The notes: a model not told the origin generated them from the sequence alone. A DNA stretch of 64,000 nucleotides from Catajapyx aquilonaris (GCA_000934665.2 KZ538002.1:248001-312000), one strand, 5' to 3'. Positions 37,501 through 52,063 are shown, counted from the stretch's first letter. Numbers and translations are program-made.

Positions 37501-40500
37501 CCATGTCATTTATACGCCCCGGTTCGCCCGCACCGGACAGAAACGGACACAACAAGGAGATGGGTTTACAGTAAATAACTCTGATGGGGGGATTTACCAG
37601 TGTATCGCTGGCTATCAATATATTCAGTTACAGGCGCCAATCGATGCCCGCTCTATTAGATAAGAGTCGTGCTTTTCATGCAAAAATTCACATACGTTAC
37701 CAGTGCCTTATGTGGGGGGAGATCTGGCTGGGAGGAAGCGACATGTCGTTAGGTCGAGATGATTCCTTGGGAACTTTGTAACCTATAGTAACCCTCTTCT
37801 GCTTCCCATCTTTTGCATCCCTCCCCTATCGATCCCTCTTTCCCCCTCCCCCCTCCCCCCAATAATGAATTAGGAAGACTCAAATTGCATATCAAAATAT
37901 TGGATTTCAATTCCAGCCTCGTTTTTCTTTTGTGACCGGATCATTTGTCACCCTATTGACAGTCTTGTGAATAAAAAGTTAATTTCCTATCCGATTTTGG
38001 GGGCGGGCTATGGGAAACTCCGGGGCTTGTTCCGGGCCCTCGTTTGGAAAGCCGCGAGATCCGAAAATGGTCCCGGAGTCAGTGTCAGGCTTCTTTTTTC
38101 TGGAGACGGACAGGGTTTTTGGACCCCCGTCTGGAAAATTTCGATAAGCTTCCGGATGATTCATCTCCCGACATTTTCTTTTTTTGTGGCTCTCCTACTA
38201 ATCCCAGAGTAGCAAACATGCGAGTCAGAACTGAGAGGTCCTAATAATATTTGGCCAGCCACCACTCTTGGGGTCCCCTTTTCGCAAGTCATCGTTTCAT
38301 TTCAGAAAGTTTCCAATGAAAAGTCCTGATTCATCCTCTCTGCATTATTCATGCAGAAGTGCAATACAACACAGATCGGTAAGGGGGGTGTGTGGAGTAG
38401 GGGACAGCGGGTTCTTTGTCACACATCAAAGAGTGCGTATTAGGTGCAGCTATATGAGTACCGGCGACATGGTTGCATAATTCGGCTGGTTACGACCTGG
38501 TATCCGTGTCGTGATTTAGAAGAAACACGTTGTAATGCAGGCCAGTACCCGCGGGGGTGACCCCCCCCAACCAAGCCGAACTCTAATTCGGTTTCTCATC
38601 CATCTGATAGCCAGTCCTTGAGATCCACACGGAATAGAGATGTTAACACGAAAGCCCTGGTTGTTTTAACGACTCCATATTATTATTCCATAGTAAGGAA
38701 TGGCTTCCGCAGGTGAACTTTGCATGCTCGGAAGAAAGCCATTAGCGGAGGAGGGTAATTCGTTCCTGGACCCTGCGTGGGCCTCGTAGACACCCCCCCC
38801 CTCCCCCTCCCCCTCCCAGGTCCCTCTTTTGGGACCTCAGGTAGGGCCCCCGACCACTGAGCACCGGCTTTACTTGGCGCAAGATGATTTCCCGGATTCC
38901 GTGCGAACCAGTTATTACGTGTCTTATGATGGATTAATGGAGATTAAAAGCACAGTGATCCCCGTGTAAGATTGGTCTGGCATAATGCAAGAATGATCAT
39001 GAAAAACTGCTCTCCACCTACGCTATCTAGAAGGCCGACTTCGCGTGCCATCGCCATTTTTGTGACGTTTTAATTACCTTAAAATACTTTTTTTCCCCGG
39101 GCACATACACATAGGTATGTTTTTATAATGAATGATTCAACTTCTCGTAAATGAGGCCTAATTGATTGCGTTAAAAAGTTTGGGGAGCCCGGCGCGATTT
39201 TTCAACCCCGCTTTTGCCGTAAACCCACGGCCCCCTCGTCCCCCCTGCAGCCCCGGTGTCTACCTCAAAGGGAGACACATCAGGTTCACAATCGCTAATT
39301 ACTTTCATTAGGTATGGCAATGCATGAGAAGTACCGTGGCCATCACTTTGATTACAACAAGCACTGATTGCGTCCCCCGCCAACAGCAGTAGCTCAACTC
39401 CATTTAGTTACAGGAAGAGTTTACAGGGATTTGGGCCAGCTGAGCAGGTGGGACACAGCCAGAAATCAGTTGGCAGTCAATACCGCACCCATAATAATTA
39501 TGGCAATATATGTTGTAATTAGTGTCTGTTACAATCACACTGGGAAAATTACTGACTAATGTCCTAATGGGGGGGAAGTTTGGGGGTGACACGATGAGTG
39601 ATACACCACCCCATTTTTTTCAGACATTTTTACCTCAATTCTAAGGATTTTTCTGGCGGCTTTTGTTGGCTCCAAAAAAATAGCGGAAGGATCCCCTGCA
39701 CGGTGTGTTTTTTTAACGAGCCCCCGTAATGTCTGATCCGGGCCCCAGGCACCCCATTGTATGAATCTGGGTCCAAAAATGTTATATCTGCAATTCGTCG
39801 CGTTTTATGTTCTTCCTGTTTCTTTGTTGTGGCACCTATCGGTCCCATCGGGGGTGTCAGAGGATGGGGCACTTGCGCCGCAAATAAATGTTCGCCCGGC
39901 TTACTAATGAAAATGACAAACACGTAATAATTCGGCAATTTTGCGGTGGAGATACACATTATCAAGTATATTCAACAATGGGCAGCCCGTGTGGGGGGAG
40001 AGGGTGGGGGTTGTGAGCGGCCAACTACTAATTTATGGTAACTGTAAACCCCTCCCATTGCATGTTGGGCCAACAAGGAAATTTTAGCAATAGCTGGTGC
40101 ATTGGCTTGGGCCGTAACGCCTAGCAGAGCCGCTGGCAACGACCATCATAATATTCCCTATACGCCCGAGCCTGCCACACAATATATTGACACAAACTTT
40201 CAAGTCCTGCTGCGGTTGGCATTCATTACGATAGGGGAGGGTGGGTGATGGGTATGGGGAGGGGGGCTCAAGCCCAGCATTCTCAATTCTGTATCGTTTC
40301 ATATCCCGGCGTAAACACAGCACAGGAAGCTCCAAGCCCTCTCAAAATCGGGATGAAATAGTATCCAGCACTGACAGGAATGTTTGTCCACGTACAAAAG
40401 GGCCCCCCCACCCCCCCGTAATCTGAGTGCCGTCCGGGGAACAAGCGAATTGGAGATATATACCCCCCTACCCCCTCCCCTCTCCTCCCTCCCATGCCCC

Positions 40501-43500
40501 AATAATACGTAATGTCATTCGCCGTTTTAAAATCAAAAATCATCCCCGCCCGAGCCATAATGTTGTTATATGATGACGTTTATGCCCGGCTGCACAAAGC
40601 CGGAACCACTTTCCACCATCTCGTAACAAGAGGCAGGGACTTCAAAAAGGTTTCAACTTTCATCGGGATTTAATTTTCCCATTCGCATTACCCAGCAAAC
40701 CCTCGTGAAATGACTCCCGCTGTACTCAATGAATAGATCTATGCAATTAAATTCTGCTATTGTTCACCTACAAATTATGCCCCCCCGATGCAGCAAAAGG
40801 ATGGGAAATCCAGCGGCGGATCTGCTGCTTTTGTCCCCCCCTACCATCCCCCCTACCCCCCCTTTTGCCATTAGGGCTACTTTTGCCTGCCCTCATCGGA
40901 TTATTCAGACCCTAAGCNNNNNNNCCCCCCCCCCCCCCCCGGATAGTGCGGGGGACTCCCTCATGTCATTGTTTAATTTCCCTCGTTCTGATTTTTCGAA
41001 ATTATATCCCTCTAACCCCCACCCCACCCATCCCTGCACCCACGCGAATAAAAAAAAAAGTCGGAGAAAAGTTCAATACCTATTTGAATGCAGAATGGAT
41101 TAGCAGTTCGTCATTTAGATGATAAAACGGCAACGGGAAAAACGCATTTGATTTTTCAATCAGCCAGCCACCTCCATCACGCCCCCGGAAAAAACCCCCG
41201 GATCTTCCTAAGCCTATTATGCCAGACCATATTACATCTGCCGCGCCCATAGGCTACTTCAGGTGTAATCTGGCGAAAATGCAGGGGCCTGGGAGAGCAC
41301 CCCCTCCCTCTGGATACGTCACAGGCGCCATTGTCTGTCCACCGGGATGAGGATTTACAGAGATGAGAGTGTGTGTGTGAGGGAGGGTGAAAGACATGTC
41401 TGCTTCAGTCTGTCCCTCTTATCTGGGATAATGCATATGGAAAGTGTGTCCAGATGGCTCGTCCTCTTGTTCCGGGAGGGAACCGTCCGTGGTCTTAACT
41501 CTCCTAATCGCCTGGGATGTAATTCTGATAGAAGGCTTTCAAGCTACCTGTATTGTTAATTCTTATTTGCACTGGCGGATGGGGAGGAAGGTCGGCCGAA
41601 TTTTGCCCGGATAACCGGGTGTGGTTAGCCCCTACACCTATCTCCTAATGGATGGCAATTAGGAAGAATTGAGAGGAGGAGGAGCCCAGGCCAAGATTGA
41701 GGAGGTGTCTGGTGTGGGAGGTGAAGCCAACTGTCACCAAGTCTGGGGACATTAAAAATCCATCAGAGGAAGGAAGGTCTGGCCGGTAGGGGGATGGTAT
41801 TGGAAAATAGCATCATTTGAGGGTGGCAAAAGGCAAAGGAGGGCTAAGGAGTGTCAATGGACCGCCTTTCTTGTAGTGACCGTCATGCACAGCGCGACGC
41901 GGTTATGATTTATGTGCCAAGAACCGGAGGCGAGCAAAAACCCCCTGGAGGCTGGGGGGGTCCACATTTTCACTCCCGGTGGCTGCTTATCAGTTCGGGG
42001 CCAACACATTCATCACCGCGCTCTTTGCCTGTCACTGGAAATTAACTTGGGAAAATCGCGTCTCAATCAAGGTTTCAATCCCCCAACGCTTTTGTCGCAC
42101 CCTTCCTAATGGCGCTCTCCTGGACGGGTATGCAACCCACAACCGCCCAGGCCCTTCCTTGCATGTATATCATTTGTCGGGCTTTTGTTCGGAGCAGGCG
42201 GTAGCATATCAGGGCTTCCCATCATGCACAGCGGGAGTGGGCATCACATATGGCCGGCACCTTACCTGCTTCTCTACCTAACCCGGTTAACTGCAAAACT
42301 CACTCACGACTGTGTAATTATGTCGCATAAACAATGGAGCCGACTCGTAAATCCAACAGCTCCCTTGCAGGGCGAATAATTGCGTTCGCGCCGGTTTCCA
42401 ACCCGAGGAAAAAAAACGGATCACCTTTGCGTGTTTTCTTGGAATGCCAACCCCCCTGTTCTCTTTAGTGGGTGTTGGCCACTCTACACAGAAATATGTG
42501 GTCACACCTTGTCACACCGGATACGTAACGTTTGGTCATAGTGTCACATTGCGTGCAATAATCGACCACTGGCAGTGCTGATCCCCCGGAGACTCCTGCA
42601 CATATGCACCCCCTGCTACTCCCCCTTCGCATGATTAATAATTGGCAATTTGGAAACAGATGAAGTGCTTTCTTGCCCACGCGTGATTGTTATTTGATGA
42701 CGAATTGGAACGTAAATTTGCAGGGGGGCCCACTGGCCATTTCCAAATGGAAAATATAGGCCTACTGGGAGCGTGTCACTGCCGTATATGCACCGCTGCA
42801 CTCTCCAGGTGCATGCTGGGAAATGCAGCGCCGCCATTCTTAATGCCCTCATTATCGTTATTACGCTGTAGGCAAATGGAAACAGACGAAAGTGCAGCGG
42901 CTTATTTTGCGAACACATGCGGATTCTCAGGCCTCCGTGAGACACATGCAAACTGGACACACGTGTATGACTAATTGCGCCAAGGAAACAATGTAATCTA
43001 CCCCATGAATTTCAAATCCGCTCGTGTTTTCCTAAAATGTATCCTAGCCTGTATGCAACCAAGCATTTCCCCAACCCAATAACCTCCTCCTCCTCCTCCT
43101 CCTCCCCTCTAATGCGACGACACTTTATCCTCACCCTACCATCATGGCCCCAGGGTTTCCATATTGGCTGCTATTGCCAGTGCCCATATTCCGGGCCGAG
43201 ATAGACGCATTCCGTCTCTTTTTATAGTTCTCAGCTCCCCATTTTGATCCCCAGTCGGAGAATTGCGTAATGGGGCGCCAGACCATATAAAAATGATACA
43301 AGAGAGTAGGGGGATGGAGGGGAAGGGGGGGGGGTGTCCTCCCCACAGCCGCTTATCAGCATGCGAAATGCCCCTTCGCTATTTACAAGGCATTTATTCT
43401 TTCTCGGTTTGTGGAAAAATCCATTTTGCAGATTTGCTTCTATCAGTCATAATGCCACGTTTGCTAGCTGCAAATGCCGTGATAAGGGGTATCAAACCCC

Positions 43501-46500
43501 CCACTTCCACAGCGTTTATGCCACGTTTGTGGATAGCACGGGTTCAGTTCCGGGGAAATGATTTCCTCTTTCCAGAGGGAGGGAGGGAGGGACGAAATGG
43601 AAGCGGGGAGGTGGAGGGAGGGAGGGAGGGAGGGGGACGAGATGTGAGGGATTTGTTGAGATTTGGCCATAATGCACTACAGTTCCAAATACACTCTGCA
43701 ACGGGCAATAATACCGTCATAGCCCCGGAGCCCAAAGGAGCTATTTTAACGCTGACGCAGAGCGACGGACCATGGGGGCCTGGTTTCAATAAGATAATGC
43801 CAAAGCGGGTAAGGGGATATGTGCTGTGTGTATGCCCCGTGTGCTGGGGGATATTGCAGGTGACCGGTGGTTTTCTATAGGTGGCGCACGTGCTGCATGG
43901 CCGGCGAAAGGCTTAGGAATTCAATTTTCATTGCTCCCCCCCCCTCCCCACATGGCACATATGCCCCCCCCCCTCCCTGGCTCTTATCGCCTGCTTCGAA
44001 ACAAATCGCCGGCCTTATTTGGGCAAGTGGACTATCGCCACTTTTCATCGGGGTGGAAATTTTCGCTGAGCTTTCGATAGGACAGTGGTTGTTGGGGAAC
44101 CTGTAAATATGGCTATCTATCATTGCAGAGTAAACCTAGGCCCGAGTGTGTATCGGAATCGTACAGACCTGGCCAGCCTGCTGATTGGCTGGGGGTGGGT
44201 TGCGGGTGGTATAGGGATGGACGTCTGAGCCCTGCTTGATGACACGTTTAGCCTGCAGATTAGACATGGAGCGCGGCATATATGTGCATTTTCAAATGAA
44301 TACTGAGATAGGAGCTTACGAGCTGGCACCATTTCTAAGAATACGTAATGAACTGGACAAAACCTTAATGACGAAGAATGGCGCCATATCTAATTTGGGA
44401 GCCGAAGCTGAGAAAACTTGACGATTCGAACTGAACGGTGTGCAAATTACATTTCAAGTCCTGTCTTGCTGCCGAGATTAAACTTTCATCGACGTCTTTT
44501 TCGATTCCTTTCCTCGGAATCCTAATGACCTCTGTCTCTCTGCTGCCTTGTCGACCCTAGTCAACGCGTATAGGTCTGGACTCCCTCCTTATACATACTA
44601 TAGGCCCAAGTAAGGCATCAAGAGGGAGGAGGCTAAATGCCCCTGCAATTTAGTAAGACTTGCGCTTGATGGGCCTAAGTCAGTTTGTGGAAATAGGATT
44701 TGGGACTGCCGTCTGATTCCGTCTTGACAATCGGATCCCTCCCTCCCTCCTTCCCGCCCGCCTTCCCCCACTTCACTCCTGTCGTTTTTTTTGTTCCTCA
44801 GTGCCATAGTAATGAGATTGGAAATGGTAGTTACGACTGACTGCGGCTGAATCCCGGAAGCCTCCTCACCGATTCTCTCTGAAGTTTGCCCCTGCATGTG
44901 ATATACATAATTAGCGCAGGAAGCCAAAGGAGAGATAAGTCACCTCTTTTCTTGACATGTGTAGCCAATTCAAAAGCTGCCACTCTCCTAGCCCGGTAAC
45001 CGAGGAAGAAGGGAAGGGGGCTCCCTAAGGCTTTGCGTTTTTGATAATGGCTCTTAACAGGCATAATCATTCATAATAAATGTCGAATAAAATTTTAAAA
45101 ATCCCCGCACTCCCTCCATGCACCTCCCTCTCCTCCCCCCAGCCCCCTCGTATCCACAGCAACCTCCTGAGGGTGCCAATCTAGCTGACTGCACTAATGA
45201 GGAATATTTGAAACACGATCCTTGAGCCCATCTTTTGCTGCTTGCAAAAGCCTGGGCCCTCGCTGCTGGAGAGAGGTGGGGGGTGGAGGAGAGGGGAGAG
45301 GCTGGTTTTGCCTTGCTTCCTCTTCCCAATGCACGGGGGCCAGAATCATTCCGGCAAATTCGACTCGGTTTATTAGCGGCGAATATTCGACTCCTCCGTT
45401 ATGGCCCTTGTTTCTCCAGGATTGCCGGATCGTATGGGGGGGGGGGGGGATCGTGTACAGCTCGGGGCAGAGAGCTGCTCTCTAAGCTGGTTTTACCTGG
45501 AAATCCAGAATTTACACGTCGTCCAACAATTAGGAACGGATTTGAATGTAACCGTATCTCTCACCCGACGCCATGTTTAGTGCCGCCACCGTCCGCGTGG
45601 GCTGCGCCAAGACCCACTGCGCAATGCCTTGGCTGGGCCTGTACCAGCAGCGTCTTAGACAACAATTAGTTCCCGTAACAAACAAGTCCCCGAAGGATGT
45701 TAGAAATCCGGAAAAGGGATGGAGTTTCGAGTAACACCGAAAATCAGGATGCGATGTTGCGGAAAGGAGAGTAATATCCAAGTGCGGATGCTCGGGTGCC
45801 ACCCTTCTACCCTTGGGTAATCAAACAGAAATCTGATTTTGAAGGATTGGGGTAGGCATAATTACAGCTGATGGCAACTCCCCGTGTTCCTGCGAATATT
45901 CTTGGGGGGAGCGGAGAGTATAGTTGCCCCTCCCTATACACGCACATACACCAATACACCTCGGGCTCATTGTATTGGCAAGTCCTGCGACTTAACTGGA
46001 TCTCGGGGAAAGGGGCCGGCAAGAGAGGGGGGGAGGAGGAGGAGGAAGGAGGGAAAATGGGAGCTGGGGAGGGCAGACGAGAAATTAGATCTTAACTCCC
46101 AACGTATGAGAGTTGGGGAAAATCAGGTATCAAGCTTGGAGTTATTTACTGCAATTTCAGGCCCCGCGACTCACATCGCCAATACCTTAATTAGCATAGA
46201 TTACAATGCGCAGTACTGCTAGGGAGGTCGTGTCTTCCTGCCCTATACCTAGCTCCCAAGCTTTGCAGAAAACAATATTTCCCCCGCACTGATGGAGTAT
46301 GACTACACCTAATTATGAATGTAATAAATTGGTATGATGAGCATTTTCGCCTTCTTGATGAAACTGATAATATTGATTGCGTCCTAATTAGTGCCGACTA
46401 TAATTAAAATTTAATTATAAAGAGAAATTGAAATTCTCCATTTGGGCGACGATTCCAAGCGCGGGATTTTGCCTGCCTGTCCCTATAAGACAATTTTGTC

Positions 46501-47854
46501 TTCGTATTCCCTTTCGGTTGGGTATATATGGGGAGCTGCAAGAGGTGGAGGGTGGTACCTTGCGTGAGCGCTCGTAATGGAAACTATTACTAGATTATTG
46601 ATGCCATTTGGCTTTTAGGGAAAGATTCTCCAAATTGAAAGGAAGAGGACGTGCGCTTCTAAATGCCTTCAATTTCCCAACGGCCATTAGACTTGTGGTC
46701 GAAGTAGATGGCGACGAAGTGCATTGTCTTCGCGACGAAGATACACATCCCAAAAAGTCAATAACCCACTTATATATAGGGGGGAGAACCAGAGAGGTTC
46801 GGAAGAAGAGAGAAAAAAGAACTTGCAGCAGCCTGTCACATATAAAATTGTCCGGAGGGAAATCTTTCATCTCTTTAATTTCTTAAAGGCTGCTGCCATC
46901 ACATTAAACTCCTTAGTTCATCAGTCCCGCCCCGCATTTCCCCCCAGTCCCTCCCCCGTGCCTCCCCCCTCCCGCGCATTCAACTTGTCCTTTTTTCCCT
47001 GCCGGCGTAAAAATTTATAACTTAATAATTTTAATAAATGGAGGACCACTAACAGCAGAAAGCCCGTAGGGATTATTACGTAAGAGATATACACATCTTG
47101 ATAAAAAAGAAAGAAAAAGGGAAAGCGGCATTATTCCTCCCCCCCCCCCTCAGTTTCCCTAATATTCATCCCTGTTATCAACAATAATTGTCGTTCCCTG
47201 CATTAAAAACCGAGGCTGTCAGCAGCTTTTAGGCACCCGTAATGCGATTAGCCCTTCTGCTCTTTATTAGAACATGGGATTTAAGGAACGTTGGGCCAAC
47301 TTCTGTGCGGGGGATGGTATGAAGACGGATGTGAACACCTATCCTTCTACACTTTTTTTTGGGGGGGGGGGTGGCTACGTGAAGATTTATACTAATAGGC
47401 CTCATGTAGGTGCTTTCAGCAGACGGCCCTACAGGCCAACTTTCCAAAGTTGGCGGGTTTCTTAAGTTTCACCAAAATAACAGCAATGTGGGCCGGGAAA
47501 AGTTTGCAAAAGAGGGAGGTGGGTGGGAGGGAAGGCGCAGTTGGCGTCTGCCACTGCGGAAGAGGCGCAAAGTGATGAAAGAAGTTGAAATGGGATTTGA
47601 ATTTCAATTACAGGGCTTTTCCCTGTCTTGACTTTGAATGGTTTCGCTTTGGAAGACATGCTTGGTGCCAACTGGCGAAAACCAAGGGGGAAAATTTTGG
47701 GCCTGTTCGGCTCTGAGGGTTATGTAAATAAGTCCCCCAAAATATTTGCAGACGCCGGTTACAAAGTTGACTCAAAGGCGGTACAAGTGTACGTTTCAGG
47801 GTAAAGTTCAAGTATGTTAATGCTACTTAAATACGTTTAGTTACATAATGTACA

Positions 47855-48018
47855 GGGTTGACCTCGGCTCATACCTCCTGACCCGCGAAAGGTCACATAG
47901 GATTGTGGTCCAATAATACACAGGTTCGGGACAACCTGCCTGCTGTCAGGCCGTTACACGACTGACTCTACACACCTAGCAGACGCCACTGCCCTCTAGT
48001 GAGGTGCGTCACAACACA
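47855..48018. repeat. Dispersed repeat, copy 2, immediately adjacent to the MITE at 48021
   Basis: Same blocks in the same order as 34068-34150 plus 34455-34520. Confidence 0.7.
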
Positions 48019-48020
48019 TA

Positions 48021-48299
48021 CAGGGTGTTTCAACTTTTTTGCTGCTACTTTGTAAGCAGTGACTTGCAAACGGTGATTTTTCGGAGGAACAGGGAGTATT
48101 CCCTGCGAATCGTAGGTTGAAGTGGCATACGTGCTGTCCTCTGAAAATTGAGGGTCACACATGCCATGGGATGTGTGACCCTCTTTTTTCCCATTCCCCA
48201 TTCCTCCCACATATCACCGATTGCAAGTCACTGCTTACAAAGTAGCAGCTACGTGCAATTTTCCGATAACTGTTCGGACAAAAAAGTTGAAACACCCTG
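48021..48299. mobile_element. Tc1/mariner-type MITE, family 1 copy a (279 bp)
   Basis: TA|CAGGGTGTTTCAACTTTTT ... AAAAAGTTGAAACACCCTG|TA, i.e. terminal inverted repeats with a TA target-site duplication. Non-coding. A second copy lies at 51768. Confidence 0.88.
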
Positions 48300-49481
48300 T
48301 ACAATTCTTCCGGGTCAAATGATTGGTTCGAATGTAAGAACCACTTCCCCTTGTAAGTAGCTGGATGTCAATTCTACTGAATAAGACTTCCCCAATCGAC
48401 CTGTCGATCCAGCCCCTGCGGATTGATTCCGGTTAATTTAATCCAAATCCAATTGCGTTCCAATTACATACATTCACTTCCCGAACTAGTTAGGAATGTT
48501 TCCAACTGAAATCCGGTGAAACGACCATTCTGTAATTCCTAATGGGCTTTTTTCCTCTAGCTTTCCCCCCCCCCNCCCCCCCCTCAAATATCTTCTTGTA
48601 CACAAATCCGAATCAGATCCATCCATCTTGCACATTTTTTTTGGATATGACAAAGGGCGAACGGCAAAATAATCTCCATAATCAATATTGAATTTTAAGA
48701 AGAAACCGCATGGAATATGACGAATCTAAGGGGGAAAAGAGGGATCCGGATTTATTGCTCCGGAAAGTGAATCCCCCGATTATTCCATACCCAGATTTAA
48801 ATCACTGAACATCGATAGAGCCCTTGGGGCTACAATGCGAATTACAATAATATTCCAGCACTATTTACTGTTAGTGATACAAGATTCCACATATGTGTCC
48901 ATATTCTTGGATATGGGTGGGCATTTTAGGGTGAGGGTAGTTTGGTAGTCAGTGTCGGGGAAATGGGCTGGGAGGGTTGCGGTAACTGCCGCAATTAAAT
49001 CCCTGATAGTCGCAATGTATTTCCCACACTTCAATGCCAGATTTGGGCCCCGGAGCAATGCAAGCATGCGGAGAGTTGGGTAGGTTGGGGGGGCGGATGG
49101 GTAGGGTGGGGAGCTTGTAAATGGCTCTTGGTTTTAGAGCCCAGGCGATGCGCGGGTTTCGGCCTACGCGTTGATTAGCGGCGAATATGGGCACAAGTGT
49201 TAATCGGCAGACCCCAAATCGCGGAATTGAGGACTGGAGGCGTTTACACCGCCTGGATGTGATAGTACCCGTTTTTTTTTTTTTGGAGAGCCCACCAGCT
49301 AATGTCAAGGGATATTGATAGCACTGCTATTTCGTGTCCATTTCAACAAAAAAGAGAGGGGGGTTGCATGTGCCTTTTGCTGCCATTATTGCATGCGCCT
49401 TTGCGTTGACATTGTCAGAGCTGGACAATAAGGTAATTCCGGAATTAAAATCGTGCCAACTGCCGCTCTTTTGTGGCGATT

Positions 49482-49774
49482 TGGATCAAAGATGGCGCCA
49501 TTTTGAATAGACATGACATAATTGCTGCAAGTTGAACGAACTTCAGCACCACTGGCCACAATTTTAGTAATTAACCAAAAAAATTGTCGGGTGATGAGTC
49601 AGGACAGTTGTTCTATTAAGACTGGATCAAAGATGGCTCCATTTTGAATAGATGACATATAATTGCGATAAGTTGAACGAACTTTCACCACTGGTGGATT
49701 TTAATAATTTAAAAAATGGCCATATGGGTGCGTCGGTGCAACATTTCTATTACAGGCTGGATCAAAGATGGCGG
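49482..49774. repeat. Diverged tandem repeat, unit about 135-141 bp, two full units plus the start of a third
   Basis: TGGATCAAAGATGGC at 49482, 49623 and 49758. The first two units also share CCATTTTGAATAGA, AAGTTGAACGAACTT and CACCACTGG. Confidence 0.85.
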
Positions 49775-51767
49775 TGTGTTTTTGTATGGGAAGGATTTGA
49801 ATCAGATGATGGGGGGTTGGGTTTCTTTTGGCTGTGGCAAAGGAGCCGAAAGTTGATGGGGTAGGCAAGTCGGCTGTCTGTTGCCAATACACTCCGCCTT
49901 GTCGCTGATTGTGAGCTTGGTAATTGATTCGACCCTTGTACAGAGGCTAATGATGAGCCCTCAGCAGGGTGCATATGTTCATTTTGGCGGGCGAACCGAG
50001 GTGCATGGGTTGGGGGAATAAGCCTAATTTAGCATGAGAATACAAGCTAATTAAGGCCAAGTATCAACGTCTCCCGCCGTTTTTATATCCTTTTTCCAAC
50101 CGCCCTTGTTTTGTCTTGCGACCTGAAGATGGTGGAGGGGAGAAGGGGAGGAGAGAAAAAAACTTATTTGAACTTGGGAGGCATTAAAGTTCCATTTTTC
50201 TTCCGGGGAAAAGGAGCCAGTAGGGAGGGAGAGAATTTGGTAGATTGTGGAAAACTCCATTTAGGACCTACTGATGTCTGAATAAATCTGAGTGACTGAT
50301 TGATGCCCATCCTTCCAAGTAACTCTGTAATCAAATTTTTATGTTGTATTTTATGCCCAGATCTAGGAAGTATATGGGATAATATACTTGCATCAGAAAA
50401 CCCATCTTTAACAAACATATTTGTGTCGGAGACACAGTAATTTTACCATTTGAAAAATTTGAATATGGACACCTATACATAGATGTAGAGATTTAAAAAA
50501 AAAAGTCCGAAGTGGTAATTCAGCGGGTACATTTGAAACTACCGGTTGGGTATGGAAAATCCATTAATTGGGCAACCAATCACACCGCAACACTGCCATT
50601 CTCCACCCAAATGGCAAAGTTAGGTGCATGTCTGAAATGCAGATGTACTGATAATTTTCGCCATCCCCGAAACTGAAATTGGGCAAAATTTGGCTCCTCT
50701 CTTCCCGAGTTAAGCTGGAACAACTGAGGTACCGGAGAGCAGTTGAAAATGGAAGATGTGCTACCGGAGGTACTTAATGTGGAGACACGTTTCCTTTCTG
50801 GTAGGAAGGGCATAAGGACCAACTAGGGGTTTGGTAGAGGGAGGGCGGTGTAGGGGATATACCATTGGCACACGCCACTTTATCTCCAGTCACGCTAGAA
50901 CGCTTTGCAGGCTGTCATGCTAAGACTGGGTTCACATGACTTGCCTTAGGGTCCCTGCATTTTCAACGATGCAGCTTCTGCTTCGTTTTTTTAAAATAGA
51001 TAAAAAAAGGCAACCGAAATACCCTGGGTTTATTCCACAATATTTTGTCCCCCACCTCCCCCCGGATTTTGCTGTCTGGATGGAAATCACACGCTGCGGC
51101 GCTCATAATGACCAAAGCCCCACTCTTTTTTGGGTGGAGAAATCGAATTTTCAAACCCCCCCTCTCTACCATACCCTACCCTGTCCCCCCCTCTCTCTCC
51201 GATAAAAGTCTGTCAACCACATGTCAAGAGGCTCTACTTTTGCAATGTTTTCATGATTGATGCTCCGGTGATAACTACTGTACTCCACCGTACCCAACCC
51301 CCCTCCCCCAATTGCAGTTGGGACAAAGGCGAACGAGGACCAGTTGGACTCGGTTAATGTCACAAACACGGGCTTCACAGGGGAAAATTCATTCCATCAC
51401 GGTACATAAGACACAAACAGTGTGTCATGGTTGACTTTCATTTAACAGCGGGTTTTCGATATGCAAAAATAGGTCTGGAGAGCGTCCCTGGGGGTGGAAA
51501 AAAAAAACGCAGGCGGATCGTCAGACTTTTGTAACTCCCCCAAAAAAACATTGAGTGCAGATCAAAGGGGCGAATTCTAATATGAAATATATGCTGAATA
51601 AGCCTCGTCATGTTGTAGAGAAATTTCAAAAAAAAATAATAATCGAGATACTAGAAATAATGATGTAAAGGTTGCTGCTTCTTCAACAGCAAGTCTGCAT
51701 TGAAAATTATTCCCCTACAATGAAGTGTTTTTTAAAAAAAAAAAATTGTGGCTAATACGAATACATA

Positions 51768-52063
51768 CAGGGTGTTTTAACTTTTTGTCCGAACAGTTAT
51801 CGGAAAATTGCACGTAGCTGCAGTGACTTACAACCGGTGATTTGTCGGAGGAATGGGGAATGGGGATGGCATGTGTGACCATCTTTTTTTCAGGCTCGAC
51901 CCTCAATTTTCAGCAGGCAGCACGTATGCGACTTCAACCTACGATTCACAGGGAATATTCCCCGTTCCTCCGAAAAATCATCGTTTGTAAGTCACTGCTT
52001 ACAAAGTAGCAGCTACGTGCAATTTTCCAATAACTGTTCGGACAAAAAAGTTGAAACACCCTG
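51768..52063. mobile_element. Tc1/mariner-type MITE, family 1 copy b (296 bp), inverted relative to copy a
   Basis: TA|CAGGGTGTTTTAACTTTTTGTCCGAACAGTTAT ... ATAACTGTTCGGACAAAAAAGTTGAAACACCCTG|TA. The internal segment is the reverse complement of about 48070-48200. Confidence 0.9.

Noticed and set aside
43263..43880. 205-aa ORF
   Set aside because: Driven by G-rich low complexity, with no recognisable homology.
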